Of a DNA stretch of 64,000 bases, positions 1 to 13,143 are shown in pieces. How positions within the stretch are numbered: position 1 is the first letter of the stretch; every line of letters begins with the position of its first letter. Below the pieces are notes generated by a model that was not told the origin of the DNA, did not search any database, and worked only from the letters and a program-made list of their open reading frames with translations. Position numbers and translations under genes: made by a program. The DNA lies in contig NC_042999.1 of NCBI RefSeq assembly GCF_006345805.1, positions 84,010,001 through 84,074,000 of the forward strand. Direction: 5' to 3'. The DNA is from Octopus sinensis. Its lineage: Eukaryota.

Positions 1-279
1 CACCTTTTAATATGGGGGTTTCTAACCTAGCCCACTCGCATCCTCACCTCATTTTACATGTTCCTGTAAATTTTGGAGTCAATCCGACGGTATCTAGTGG
101 CCTTTAACCCGTTCTTAATGCCAAACCAGACAAACAAACTTTTCGTATTTCAGAAATATAATATATATATATATGTATGTATATATATATATACATATAC
201 ATACATACATATATACATATATAATATATATATATATATATATATAATATATATATAATATATACATACAGAGAGAGAT

Positions 280-569
280 GAAGGGGTAACCCTCCTCCCG
301 GTCATGAATGACCATGGGATTGCACCTAGAAAGTTCCCTCCGAGGCACATGTCCGAGCAAAGCAGTTTATGGAAGACCAGCTGTTACCCTTGCACACCAG
401 CTTTCTCTCTCCACGCCATCGATTTTATCCAAGGAAAAGGCAAATACCGATAGAGATTGGCACGGGTGACGTCACAACTCATTTCTACAGCTGAGTGAAC
501 AGGAACAAAATAAAATAATGTGTCTTGTTCAAGAACACTCACACAGCCCGGTCCAGGAATCGAACTAAC
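280..569 (-). mobile_element. tRNA-derived SINE, head partly lost
   Basis: CCAGGAATCGAAC near 554-566 is a reverse-complement B box. The adjoining TCTTGTTCAAGAACAC resembles the body of the minus-strand SINE near 62490-62520. Confidence 0.7.
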
Positions 570-638
570 TTCCTATAAACTATTTTGAGTGAGAAAGAGC
601 GTGTATTTTTAATCAATTGGACTGAACTCTTCTTGATA

Positions 639-877
639 TTTATTTCTTTGCTACCCACAAGAGTCTAAACACAGAGAGGACAAACAAGGACAGACAGACA
701 AACGGATTAAGCCGATTATATCGACCTTAGTGCGTAACTGGAACTTAATTTATCGACCCCGAAATGATGAAAGGCAAAGTCGGCCTGGGCGGAAAATAAC
801 TCAGAAAATAACGGCAGACGAAATACGGCTGCGCATTTCGCCCGGCGTGCTAACGTTTCTGCCAGCTCGCCGCCTTA
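639..877 (-). mobile_element. Near full-length SINE (octopus OK/OR-like group, family not assigned)
   Basis: Reverse complement reads TAAGGCGGCGAGCTGGCAGAAACGTTAGCACGCCGGGCGAAAT..., matching the + strand copy at 25619-25836. Confidence 0.85.
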
Positions 878-1398
878 ACTTTTCTTGATATTATGTCACA
901 TCACTTGGGCCTTAAGTAGGGCTGAATAGTAGTAATGAAAAGTCAAGTTAGATACTGGCAAGCAAAGTTGCCACAATAAATGAAGAAACGCACTGATGAA
1001 TATAGTAGTTATTTAATTTCAAACGTATGACCTTCTATGTCTCACAAAAGAATATGATATACAAATATTTGTTTTCTGTTTCCTCTTGTATAACAACCAT
1101 TCACAATAATGAAAATGAAAATAGAACTTATCACTATTATTATCATATGATACTTCATATCCGATGAATGCTCTGATGCTTTAAAATCAAAATAGTTTGA
1201 CATTATTTCGTCGTCGTTGTTGCTGTTCATCTACTTGCTGTTCCTTTGACTAAATTTCGATCCAACACGATATAACTGACTTTAACATTTAAATGTCACT
1301 ATAACACATCCTGTAAGCAGATAATGTTGGATGTGAGCGCAAACATAGACATACACATGCACAATTTCGATAATACACACATACACACACACACACTT

Positions 1399-1452
<54 letters not shown>

Positions 1453-1627
1453 TTTATATATATACGCATATATATCTATATGTGTACATTTATAATTTGG
1501 TTTTATATTGTATACGTTTAATATGAACGCATACTTCCACTCTGAACCTCTCATCGGTCTTTTTCTTTCTGTCTCTCTCACTCTCTCTCTTCTCTCTCTC
1601 TCTCTCCATCTCTCTTATATATATATA

Positions 1628-1683
<56 letters not shown>

Positions 1684-1879
1684 CAGCACATATATATTTA
1701 TAATCTATATATATATATATATTTATATATAAGTGTGTGCATAGATGTGTATATAAATATATATGTGTATATGTGTAAATGTATATATATATATATTGTG
1801 TAGGTGGGGGTGTGGTAGAGTGTAGGACGTGTGTATGTGTGAACATATAATATGAAAACCACAAAAACAATGAGTTGTG

Positions 1880-2140
1880 AAAACCAAGAAATGGGTTAAG
1901 ACACATTAAATACGCTGTGAGTTTTCTCTTTCCTTCCAAAGCGAAATCTATTTCTTCACTTACCTCGTTAATGTCATTCATAAACACACTGAAGTCTCTA
2001 ATTCACACTTCTCAACTACTAAGAGTACATCGACTGTAATTTCAGCATCGAAATAAGTTGACGGTAGCTCCATGGAGAAATCGTTTTATACCTGTTGCAT
2101 TATTGGAGAAATTGCTCATACAAATGCGTTGTGTATATGT
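1880..2140 (-). pseudogene. Highly decayed LINE reverse transcriptase fragment (RTE-like?)
   Basis: Minus-strand [17 protein letters not shown] resembles the LFNxFMNDI segment that precedes the YADD motif of non-LTR RTs. Confidence 0.35.
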
Positions 2141-2234
2141 AGAACCAAGTCATAAATTCATCGCGTGGCATGTGATGCATAATTAAGGAAATACTTATTT
2201 TGATCACAACGAAACACACATGTATATCTATCAG

Positions 2235-2291
<57 letters not shown>

Positions 2292-2522
2292 ATATATAAT
2301 ATATAATATATATATATTATATATATATATATATAACTATCTACCTAACTATATGTTTGTGTATGTATATGTATATACATATATATAAGAGATAATGGTA
2401 TCATTGAGACCCAAAGCTGTCAGGTAATGCTGAATAAATGCTATACACAGACCATAGTTAAGTTCCAGATTCGGTAATACTGCGAATAAAGGGTTCAACG
2501 TTGGTTTTATGTTAGCGTGTGT

Positions 2523-2792
2523 ATATAAGATTTTTTGCGTAATAAGATAAAAAAACAAGGCTGTATGTATATATTAGAGCATTTATAGAGAAAAGGTCTT
2601 ACAGCTGTTTCTAGGATATTAATTAATAATATCCCTTCATCGGAGACGGTGTGAGAGGAAAAATTAACTATGACTTAATTTTTCCTCTGCGATGAATGGA
2701 TATAATTAATTAATATCCTAGAACTTCTACCTATGCTCTAATATCTATACAGCCTTGGTTTTTATCCTATTACGCAGAAAATTCTGATATAT
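2523..2792. repeat. Foldback inverted repeat (PLE pLTR-like), ~125-145 bp arms, 7-nt spacer
   Basis: ...GAGAGGAAAAATTAA ctatgac TTAATTTTTCCTCT..., with homology extending outward through TCTAGGATATTAATTAAT / ATTAATTAATATCCTAGA. Confidence 0.85.
2597..2646 (-). ncRNA. Minimal type I hammerhead-like motif, core U4>C variant
   Basis: Minus strand: TCT-CCGATGA-AGGGATATT attaatt AATATCCTA-GAAA-CAGCTG-TA-AGA (3-bp stem I, 8-bp stem II, palindromic stem III). Confidence 0.6.
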
Positions 2793-2824
2793 ATATATAT
2801 ATATTTCTTTCTTTCTTTCTTTCT

Positions 2825-3107
2825 TTTACTTGTTTCAGTCATTTTGACTGCGGCCATGCTGGAGTACCGCCTTTAGTCGAGCAACTCGACCCCGGGACTT
2901 ATTCTTTGTAAGCCCAGTACTTAATCTATCGGTCTCTTTTGCCGAACCGCTAAGTTACGGGGACGTAAACACACCAGCATCGGTTGTCAAGCAATGCTAG
3001 GGGGACAAACACAGCAGACACACAAACACACACATACATACATACATACATATATATATATACATATATACGACAGGCTTCTTTCAGTTTCCGTCTACCA
3101 AATCCAC
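2825..3107 (-). mobile_element. 3' half of CORE-type tRNA SINE
   Basis: GTTTCAGTCATTTTGACTGCGGCCATGCTGGAG...TTTCCGTCTACCAAATCCAC is the reverse complement of the body and tail of the copy at 6433-6935. Confidence 0.8.
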
Positions 3108-3265
3108 GTTAAGTTAAGTTAATTTTTGGGCTCAAAAAGCAAAAAGCAAAGCTATGTAGAGGGACATGGAGTTATGTACAGGGTGGTGTTCATGCAAAGA
3201 GTTCAGGCCATTTCTGGTCAAGAGAGACTTTGAACCGAGCGGTCTTCACTATCTCGTCCGGCAGC
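3108..3265 (-). mobile_element. 3' stub of a CR1/L2-type LINE with (CTTAA)n tail
   Basis: Minus strand encodes PDEIVKTARFKVSLDQKWPELFA* (FKxxLD C-terminal motif), followed by a short UTR and TTAAC repeats; abuts the truncated SINE. Confidence 0.6.
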
Positions 3266-3386
3266 TTATTCTACGGATACATATACATACAGACACACGC
3301 ACGCACTCATATATATATATATATGTAACAATTCAGAAAATGGAAATGTAGCATCAATATAATTTATTAACTGAAAAAATTCAACA

Positions 3387-3476
3387 TGTTCTCTCACAGC
3401 TGTTTCGATTTTACCCAAAGAATTAAATTCCTGTAATTAAAACATTCCTTTGGGTAAAACCTCGTCAGAGGAACAG
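3387..3476 (-). ncRNA. Type I hammerhead-like motif with long stem II, NUG cleavage triplet (probably inactive)
   Basis: Minus: CTGTTCCT-CTGACGA-GGTTTTACCCAAAGGA...TTCTTTGGGTAAAATC-GAAA-CAGCTG-TG-AGAGAACA. Confidence 0.65.
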
Positions 3477-4235
3477 AAAGACATACTGTTAGGTTATTAG
3501 GTGTTATTCTTCCAAAACATCTCAAGAAACTGAATATCACTTAATTACTAATATTGGTGTAAACCAATTTTTTGGTACGGGTGAAAGAAGTAGGTTCTGC
3601 ATATGTACGTATGTTTTGTTTTCGTACACGTAATTCTTGATTATACATGTATAGAGGAATTGAAGGATTTTGATACCTGTGGAGTATCTCTGTCTCCCAT
3701 TACAATTATTTCTGTAGTCTTAAGGATCTGGAACACGAAGAAGGAGCTTACGAGAGGAGTGTAATTCAATAGTTGCTTATTTTTAGTTCTCGTTCATGTG
3801 GCTTGCTCCCAGTAGCCATCTTTATGGCAGTGTGTAGTTCATTATAGCTCTGTTCACGCGAGATTCATTACCTCTGGAGATAACAGGTGAGGTTAGAGCG
3901 GGATAAGAGTCCGCTGTGAGCTGCCTCCTTCGCAGTATTTCTCAGCGTAAACGAGAAGGAAGTAAGAGAGAGAATGTCTTAATTCTCCTGCTTTTGCTGC
4001 CTTCTCACGCATGGCAAATGGTTTCAGGCGAGATCTCACTCCTTTCGCGGACACGGTAATGGCTACCGGAACGACCTCGTAAAAATGGCGCTGGTTTCTT
4101 GTGCTAGCTACACATGTATTTATGCGTATGTGTACATATAACATGTACGTGTACAATTATATAGACTAGTGTGTGTTACATATTATTGTTTTTTTTAATT
4201 ATGTATTAATGCATAAGTATACGTGTAGATAACAG

Positions 4236-4651
4236 GAATAACTGGACATAACAACAGGTGTTTTTCAACAGACACCTGTTGTTATGTCCTGTTATTATTT
4301 TTATTGTATTTATATTGTAATTATATTTGTGTAACATTGTCTGTTTTTCCGTCCTTGTTTTTGTATACATTCGCGATGCTTTCTTCCAAGGAATCTAATA
4401 CTCTTAGCTTAGTTTTTCTTTGGAGCTGGGCAGATTAGAGCAATCTCAAGATTAATTATCCAAAATTGTGAGGATGATCTCCTTCTTGACTGAGGATAGA
4501 AAGCTTCGAATGACCCGTCCTTGTATTTTTGTATCGTCTATCTGGATGTATTATTGTCCCTTTTTGTATCACTTAGTTGCCCGGATGTTTTACGTTCTGT
4601 CCCATTTTATATTATATATATATATATGTTTGTGTGTGTGTATGTATGCGT

Positions 4652-4697
<46 letters not shown>

Positions 4698-5350
4698 TCC
4701 TACTTTTCTCTTTTCTTGCCTCTGATTCTTTGGTCTCCTCTTCCCCCACTCTCTCACATGTCTCTGTCTTTCTCACTTTGCACTTCAATGATTCTGTCGC
4801 CAAGCCAATCCTTGGCACGCTCTTTTTCTTTTCCCCTCTTTAATTCCTTCTTTCTCTCTCTTCTCCCCCCTTTGAGGCCTTTGTCCCTCTTTTTCTCTCT
4901 CTCTTTGATTCCTTTGCCCCTTTTTTTCTCTCTCTTCTCTTCTCACGTGACCGCTGGTCAACCAGCCTTTCGGCTTCTGACCACCGCCACGAGAACATCT
5001 TTTTTTCCAAATACGCCAGCTAAGCTAAGTTGTACTGTCTATAGTCGTAAGACACCCGCTGTTTTTGTCCTGTTATTACTATTATTGTTTTTTGTATTTA
5101 TATTCGTGTGGCATCGTCAGTTTTTCTGTCCTTGTTTCGTATACATTCGATCTTTTTTCCAAGAAATCTAATGCTCGTAGCTTAGTTTTTCCTTGGGGCT
5201 GGCCGGATCGGAGCGATCTCAAGATTAATCAGCCGAAATTGCGAGGAGGATCCGGTTCTTGACTGAAGATTGAAGGCTTCGAATGTCCCGTCCGTGTTTT
5301 TTGTGTCGTTTTCTAAATGTTTTGCGTTCTTGTCCCAGTTTGTATTTTTT
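4236..5350 (+). mobile_element. Non-coding partial-tandem element (PLE pLTR/retrozyme-like), ~780-nt monomer with short 5' foldback
   Basis: 4271-4610 repeats at 5051-5345 (period 780). Hairpin GGACATAACAACAGGTGT / ACACCTGTTGTTATGTCC at the left end. Homologous to 39942-40980 on the opposite strand. Confidence 0.7.
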
Positions 5351-5453
5351 TACATCTACATAAACACATACACACACACACACACATATATATATATATG
5401 TATATATATATATATGTATGTATGTATTATGTATATATATATATATATGCATA

Positions 5454-5610
5454 TAAGTGCACCATATATATAATAAGACGGAGGTTCTGACTATGATATT
5501 TTATACTCTATTTTTCATATTAATTTCATACTAATAATAGTAATAGGTAACAAACCAGTAATTCATTGGATATATTATCCCTTAATGATATATATATATA
5601 TATTATATAT

Positions 5611-5642
<32 letters not shown>

Positions 5643-5774
5643 AGTGCACCATATATATAATAAGACGGAGGTTTCTGACTATGATTATTTTATACTCTAT
5701 TTTTCATATTAATTTCATACTAATAATAGTAATAGGTAACAAACCAGTAATTCATTGGATATATTTATCCCTTA

Positions 5775-5780
<6 letters not shown>
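5454..5780. repeat. Near-identical ~135-bp tandem duplication separated by (TA)n
   Basis: TAAGTGCACCATATATATAATAAGACGGAGG...CCCTTAATG at ~5454-5590 and ~5641-5778; the differences I see are 1-nt indels. Confidence 0.9.
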
Positions 5781-5851
<71 letters not shown>

Positions 5852-5852
<1 letters not shown>

Positions 5853-6185
5853 TATGTGGACACAGGACGTCATGAAAAGTGTACAATAAAAAAGAACGAG
5901 CGCGAGCACATGGAAAACCAAACAAACAACATAAAGTACGACCCTTCATCAGTTGTTATTTAATTTGCTGTGGGAGAGCAACTGTTTTATCGAAAGCGTA
6001 TATTGTTGTTAAATGCTCGAAATACGAGACTAGAAAAATAGCCAGTAACTGATGAAGGGTCGTTCTTTATGTTGTTTGTTTTCCATTTGTGTCTTTCGTT
6101 GTTCGAAAGAATAGCTCATGTTCCATGTACTCGTGCTTCGTACTTTTTTATTGTACATGTTTCATGACGTTCTGTGCCCACATAT
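5852..6185. repeat. Foldback inverted repeat, ~100-140 bp arms (pLTR-like)
   Basis: ATATGTGGACACAGGACGTCATGAAA...ACCCTTCATCAGTT vs AACTGATGAAGGGT...TTTCATGACGTTCTGTGCCCACATAT. Confidence 0.85.
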
Positions 6186-6306
6186 TCATATATATATATA
6201 TATATATACGTATAGACGTAATAATGTACATATACGTATGTGTATATGCATATGTATATATACCTATATATATATAATATATTACATATATATATATATA
6301 TTATAT

Positions 6307-6389
<83 letters not shown>

Positions 6390-6390
6390 C

Positions 6391-6432
<42 letters not shown>

Positions 6433-6935
6433 TCAACGTGCTGTGTGGTAAAGAGCTTGCTTCCCAACCACATGGTTTCTGTTTCAGTCCCACTACTTCG
6501 ACACCTGGGCAAGTGTCTTCATGGTTCCGTGTACAGTCGCACTGCGTGGAACCCCAGGCAAGTGTCCATGGTTCCCGGTTCTGTTCCACTGCGTTGCACA
6601 CTGGGCAAGTGTCTTCTACTATCGGCTTAGGCCAACCAAAACCTTGTGAGTGGATTTGGTAGACGGTAACTGTATATATGTGTTCGTTTGCATGTGTTTG
6701 TGTGTGTGTATGTGTGTGTGTGTGTGTGTGTGTATTTTTGTGTGTGTTTTTGTTTGTCCCCCACCATTGCTTGGCAACAGATGTTCGTGTGTTTTCGTCA
6801 CCGCAAATTAGCGGTGCGGCAAAAGAGGCCAATACAATAAGTACAAGATTTACAAAGAAGAAATCCTGGGGTCTATTTGTTTGATTAAATGCGATGCTCT
6901 AGTATGATTCATTCAAATTACTGAAAGTAAAAGTA
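6433..6935 (+). mobile_element. CORE-type tRNA SINE with internal triplication
   Basis: A-box-like GTGTGGTAAAG, CORE-like CACCTGGGCAAGTGTCTT three times, GTGAGTGGATTTGGTAGACGG, a (TG)n tract, then the 3' body. Confidence 0.85.
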
Positions 6936-6973
6936 AATGAATAAAATAAAAAAGAATATATACTTATATATAC

Positions 6974-7024
<51 letters not shown>

Positions 7025-8532
7025 ACACAAAGTTACAAAAGTGATTCAAAGTGTCGAGAGTTCCTTGCATGGCATTCATCACACTGTCTTTATTGAGAAA
7101 AATATTAAAATCATATATGGTTTGCCTCTGGCTTGAAATATGCCATCAAAGAGGAGAAAGCGTCTTTTTATTGAATTCTTAACTTTGATATCTTTTAATT
7201 TTTGTTCTTTTTTATACAAAATAAAATCCTGAATCTTTTTTCCCGAATACCACTAGTGGTAACCCCAAATAGCACTATTTCAAACGTTTGAGTATCATAA
7301 GTGCCGTGTAACTCTAAACACAAGGTAATTATGTTAATTTCTACCTCCTACGAAGTTATGAATTCAGAGGGAAGACAGAAGACAGGAGACAGGAGACAGT
7401 TCGTAGTTCACGAGATATTTCATATTGATTTATTTTTCATTCTAATTCTTTAGCTGTTTAGCAAATATCTAAATAAAATTATAAAACTATATACATTTAG
7501 TTATCTAGTTCTAGTTATCCTGTTTGTTCTGACACACACATACATATTTATACATACAACTCACATAAACATACACATAAATAACCATCACACGCATACA
7601 CAGGTCTACTGAATATAACAAGCATTTATTTATAATTGATATGCCTACGGACTATTAGTTAGAACTATACAATTCAAACCCAAATACTACAGAATAAATA
7701 CATCAAAAATTACATTCAATCAAAATACGTGATTCACACAAATTTTTAAATGAATCAAGCTCATAATAGCTATCTAACGAGTGAATATGTAATGAACATT
7801 TTCATAAGACACTGCACAAAATACTTCTATATCCGACCGAACGCTAAAATTTATAACGCAGTAGGAAAACGATAAAACGAAGGAAACATTATCAATAACA
7901 CCGCAAGTATACAAATCTGAGAACAAGCAACTAATGAGCATTGTAATCCACAGATTTGATTGTGTCTTCAATGAAACATGTCTGGAGACGAATACCGCAG
8001 TTTTGTACATTTCGACAGTATATAATATGTAGAGGATACTATTTTGAACTAACAGTGCTTCTGTAGGATATTTACGACACCAGTGGCTTATTTATCAGTG
8101 TTTTCCTATAACAGTAGGGGTCAGAGTTTTCCTAAGCATGCGGTTGCTAATAGGTAGCCGCTATTAGGGAAATACATACATGCAGATTACTAGATTTAGC
8201 AACTCCACCAACTCTGCTGGAAGTTTTTCGTCTGCTCTTTGTATTCTGTTGTGCTTTTTAGGGATATACGTCTATACAAGATACTTACTCGAGATGGTTA
8301 CCTCAGTTTTGTTATTTCTATATTAAATCGATGTTAAGTACGATATACAGAAATCTATTTTGAACTAACACTGCTTCCATCGCTAATAGGGAATATATAG
8401 ATACATATATATGTGTATGTATATATATATATATATATATACACACAATTTAAAGGACTGACGACTAAAAGTGGACGGTCAACATGCTAGGCCACTGGTT
8501 TTAATTGATTAATATCAATGTCTACCCTTATT

Positions 8533-8572
<40 letters not shown>

Positions 8573-8611
8573 GGAATAATTACATAATTACTATGACGCA
8601 TTGGATAGATT

Positions 8612-8798
8612 ATATTGTATAAAAGATCGTGGGTGAAGCCAAAACCATGTGAAGTAGATGCAAGGTAAATCACAAGAAAACAAATTTGTGAATTAATACA
8701 AGGTAACTCAACTTTAATTCTTATATTTGTTTTCTTGTGATTTACCTTGCATTTACTCCGCATTGTTTTGGCCTCACCCACGATCTTTTATACAATAT
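8612..8798. repeat. Foldback/MITE-like inverted repeat, ~85-bp arms, 17-nt spacer
   Basis: ATATTGTATAAAAGATCGTGGGTGAAGCC...CAAGGTAAATCACAAGAAAACAAAT vs ATTTGTTTTCTTGTGATTTACCTTG...GGCCTCACCCACGATCTTTTATACAATAT. Confidence 0.9.
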
Positions 8799-8804
8799 AT
8801 ATAT

Positions 8805-8837
<33 letters not shown>

Positions 8838-8861
8838 GCACATATATATACATATATATGT

Positions 8862-8924
<63 letters not shown>

Positions 8925-8930
8925 ATAGAC

Positions 8931-9004
<74 letters not shown>

Positions 9005-9429
9005 GTAGGTAGATAGATAAATTTACATAATACATATATATACATATATATTCAATCATACATATGTACTCTTAATAGCAGCAGCAGCAGTAGCAGTGGT
9101 ATTGGTGGTGGTGGTGGTGGTGGTAGTAGTAGTAATAGTAGTAGTTTTTGTTGTAGATCAGTGTAATTGAGTGGAAGTACGAGAAGAATGCCCAAGGATA
9201 TTAGTAACAACAACACGCAAATGGGTGAATGTGTGAACAAACAGATGCATGAGTACCCGCTCTAATATAACACAGTTGTTGTCAATTGGAAATTTTACAA
9301 GTATGAATAATATTGCTTATTCTGTGAGCTCTTTCGTGTTGACAGAATTCATCATGAAAGGAAATGAATTGTGTTCTCATCGCTAAGTTGAGTAGTGGCG
9401 ATTGACATTGTAGGAATGCATATCTTTAT

Positions 9430-10020
9430 ATAACATGGAGAGTAAATATGTATTTCAGCACCCCAGAGTGTCATCTATGATAAAAGTTTTGTTCCCCTTC
9501 CTAATTATGAGACACTCTCGTTGTTCACCAGAAATGAATTGCCATGATCAGATGTAAGCATCAAAAGTGCGAATACATAATGTAATCAACTTGGATTATA
9601 TACACTCTGATTTAACACCCACACCTCATATATGTATACTAGTGATCCAAAATAGCGTAATCGAGAAGAAAAACCATATTGGTTTATACGAAGGAAGTTT
9701 TAAAAGCCGTTATGCTAACCTTCAGTTTCTTTGCGATACATTGCTTAAAATAAAGCCACTAAGTTGGTTAGCCATGTATCAGCTCCGAAGACAAACTACA
9801 CACCACATGCAATCAATTGGAGAATCGTGGGGAAATCTACACAATATATACATGGATGAAAGAGATTCAAGCTATGTCGAGCTGAAGGATAGCATGTTAT
9901 TTATAGATACAAGCAGTCCACCACACTACTTAATTTCAGATCCTAAATATTTAGTAAATGCAAGCAGATGCGCAGGATTCATTTGTCGAACTGTAGGACA
10001 CCTTCCACTCTGGACAGAGT
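9430..10020 (+). pseudogene. Decayed Penelope-like (Neptune-type) GIY-YIG endonuclease region
   Basis: NVI...IEKKNHIGLYEGSFKSRYAN...SWLAMYQL resembles the PLE pattern NVIY...YIGxTExxFKxRYxNH...LSKYIWxLK; Cys-rich linker upstream. Confidence 0.75.
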
Positions 10021-13000
10021 AGCTATCACACAAACAATGACCTCGTCTCTGTTATATTATTCTACGTCAGCTACTTTAACTCTTATTGGTTTTTTTTTCT
10101 TTCTTCTCATTCAACGTTTTGCATCAAACTGCTTCGCTTTTTTTCTGCCGTATTTTTTTTCTCCTGTTTTCACACAAAGGAGCGTCCAGGTTTTCAAATA
10201 CCTCTAAAGGTATGCACTGAGCCTGAAAGATGGCTTGACGTCATGTGGCTTGTTATATATATAATATTATATATATAATATATATATATAGAATATATAA
10301 AAAATGAAAAATATATCCTTTAGTATGCCTTCTAAGCGTTACCCACCATTCTTGTCCTTTTTGAACCTGACGCTATATTTTGCTCGTTTTGTATTTAGTT
10401 CGTCTTTGTCGTTCTTCCGTTGTCTTAAGTTATTTAATTCACTTTCATATGTCCACTTCTGTATCGCTTGTGATCCATATATTGTTTGCTCTCGGACTTA
10501 TAATCTCCGTGACTTCCGCGGACACCTCCAGCATGGGAAGCATCTGGATGATAGCTGAAGAATCAGGACCACTCTGTATCTATCTTTTGTCCGTTTGTAC
10601 ACTCACAATACGTTATACATTTTCAGCCTTCGTTTGTTTCACAATACGCTTTTTTTATTTATTAAGTAGCGAAACGCAACGCACCCTGGTTTTTATTACA
10701 GTAAATTATACATATATATATGTGTGTGCGTGTGTGTGTGCGTGTGTGTGTATGTGTGTATGTATGTATGTGTGTGTGTGTGTGTGTGTAAAACTGTAAA
10801 TACATCACACACACACATATATATATATATATGTGTGTTGTGTGTGTGTGTTGTGGAGGCGCAATGGCCCAGTGGTAGGGCGTGCAAAGTCGAAAATAAC
10901 TGCGATGGAATTTTTCATATGTGGTGTAATAGTGTTGCAAGATATGACTTCAGCACATTAACTTCCATTATGTCCTTTACATTGTATCAACATTTCATGC
11001 ATTTATTCCTAAAGTTAAGGATGTTATTAAAAATTGAAATCCATCAGTGACATTTGGGACATACTATATATATATAATATATATATATATATATAATATA
11101 TATAACACATATAAAATTGTTTATGCAGACATAGCAAACGAAAATGTGCATATAGTGACCCATATCTGATATAGCTGGAATAGTACAAAAGAAAGTAACA
11201 CCGTCCCTCCACTCCGTTTCGGGTATTTTTCGTTTCAGAGGTCTTTTTCAACACACTGTAGTTTTAGCTCCATTAGTAAAGAGATTCTGCCTCCGGCCAA
11301 CAGATTGCCTATATTGTTAAGTCCAATGTCAGACGTGAAACCAATGGTTACCTTCTGACTGGCCATATCTGTGTTCTCTTTCGGACCCACATTGTAGAAC
11401 CACAAACAAGTTTCCTTGTCAATTGCTTAATATAAGTTTTCTAGCAAAATAGCTAGCATACACTTTTCCCTACACAGCCATATTTCAAAAACGGTTATCA
11501 TACATGAAAATGACGATCCGCTTCTTTAATTGAGATTTATTTTTCATACCCACCGCATATACGAATATCTTTTGCCATTACATCTACCTCCCTCCCATAT
11601 ATTATATATAAATCTTCAGTTTTTCACGATCCAAACACATTTCGATTAATTCTGAAGCAGAAATATATGAGACCAAGTTTGGGTTAGATTCGGTTTCGAT
11701 GAAGAAGTTCAAAGATGTTGAAAATGCCCTAAGTTTCATTGTAGTACTGAAGAACACACTAATTACTAATGCAATCCTAATTTAATTAGTTTTAATTGAT
11801 TAAAGATTCAGGATGAATCCTCTTAACTGTTAGGTATTTTTTAATCAGAATTAATCATTTAAGTAATTACTATTCTTACAATAACTGAAGGTGAGTTTCT
11901 AATTAAAATTTCTTTCAGTGTTGCTTTAAGTATGCGAGCAAACACTTCGCTAGGTAATATATAATCACAGTCACATATATAAAATATACATACATGTAAA
12001 CAACGATTATCTCTCTCTTATTCTCACTGTATATCTTTCTGTCTCACACCCTCTCTCAGTATACATACATACATACAGACATACAGACAGACAGACAGAC
12101 AGCAGATAGACGGACGGACGGACGGACAGGCGCACTGACGGACAGACAGACAGATAGGCGCGCTGACGGACAGACAGACAGACAGGCGCGCTGACGGACA
12201 AGCAGTCGTTGCAGAAATTAACTGGTGTCCGAGCAGTATCATTTGGAAAGTAACATACTCCATGGATGATAATACGAAAACCCATAAAAAGGGGGAGAAA
12301 CTCCATCGTAGTTATACTATCCAGTTCCAGAACTAGGGAAGCATTCTTAAGACCACATTTTCTCGTACCTTCTTGGTTAATACATAACCATTGCTATCCT
12401 TGGAAATGGAAGCTCAGTTACCTAAGATGCTGTTGAATGCCCTCATTACTATAATTTGGAAAACAAGCGACTCATAACACAAACGATTTTGTAGTGCTTT
12501 GAAATTACATCCCTCTAGCCGCTCAAGCCTGTATATTTCGCTATTCTCAATCACCGCAGGATATTTTTAATAGGATATTTTCATGAATTTTCTGTACATG
12601 AAATCTAGTGTAGTAAGTGAAGTGTGTACAAAATAGAATTGCACCCAGTTTTCAAATATAATATCTTTCTTCCCGATGCCCAGCTTTGGATGCGGCCACC
12701 AGAAATTGAGTAATCCCAAGCTTTTATTTGAAGGTATCTTTCTTCTGGACAGCTATTCGGCAAGGAACTTGGGGTCCGTCATTTCCTTGTACGATTCACT
12801 GCATTCGTTCAGCATCCCAGTATCGGTGTGCAATCACCAGATAGTTGTTCACCTGACGGTAAGTTTATCTTCTCATGTACCACTCGTTGCACCTGTATAA
12901 GTAATGAGGTAATGTAGATCTGATGGAGGGAATGACCTTAAGTCTACACAAACTTTTGATCACTATAAATAAAGCATCTGTGTAGTTGTTTGGTATGAAA

Positions 13001-13085
13001 TTGTCGAACTCTGATATGTCGTCTAAAGACGGGAGAGTCCATTATATATATATATATAATATATATATATATATATAAATTTTAT

Positions 13086-13131
<46 letters not shown>

Positions 13132-13143
13132 ATATATATATAT

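Noticed and set aside
1958-1990. Perfect minus-strand donor GAG|GTAAGT with a nearby AG (25-nt micro-exon)
   Set aside because: The reading frame runs through the site as an RT-like remnant ([14 protein letters not shown]), so a chance donor is more likely.
6047-6065. CTGATGAAGGG in the foldback arm as a ribozyme
   Set aside because: No downstream stem II closure or GAAA/stem III could be found.
9567-10022. 151-aa ORF as a functional gene
   Set aside because: Only the first half matches a Penelope GIY-YIG frame; the homologous frame shifts afterwards, indicating a decayed TE.
12200-12900. Complex sequence, possibly an exon or an L1/Tx1 or hAT remnant
   Set aside because: Stops in all frames and only vague motif resemblance; it cannot be assigned without a profile search.
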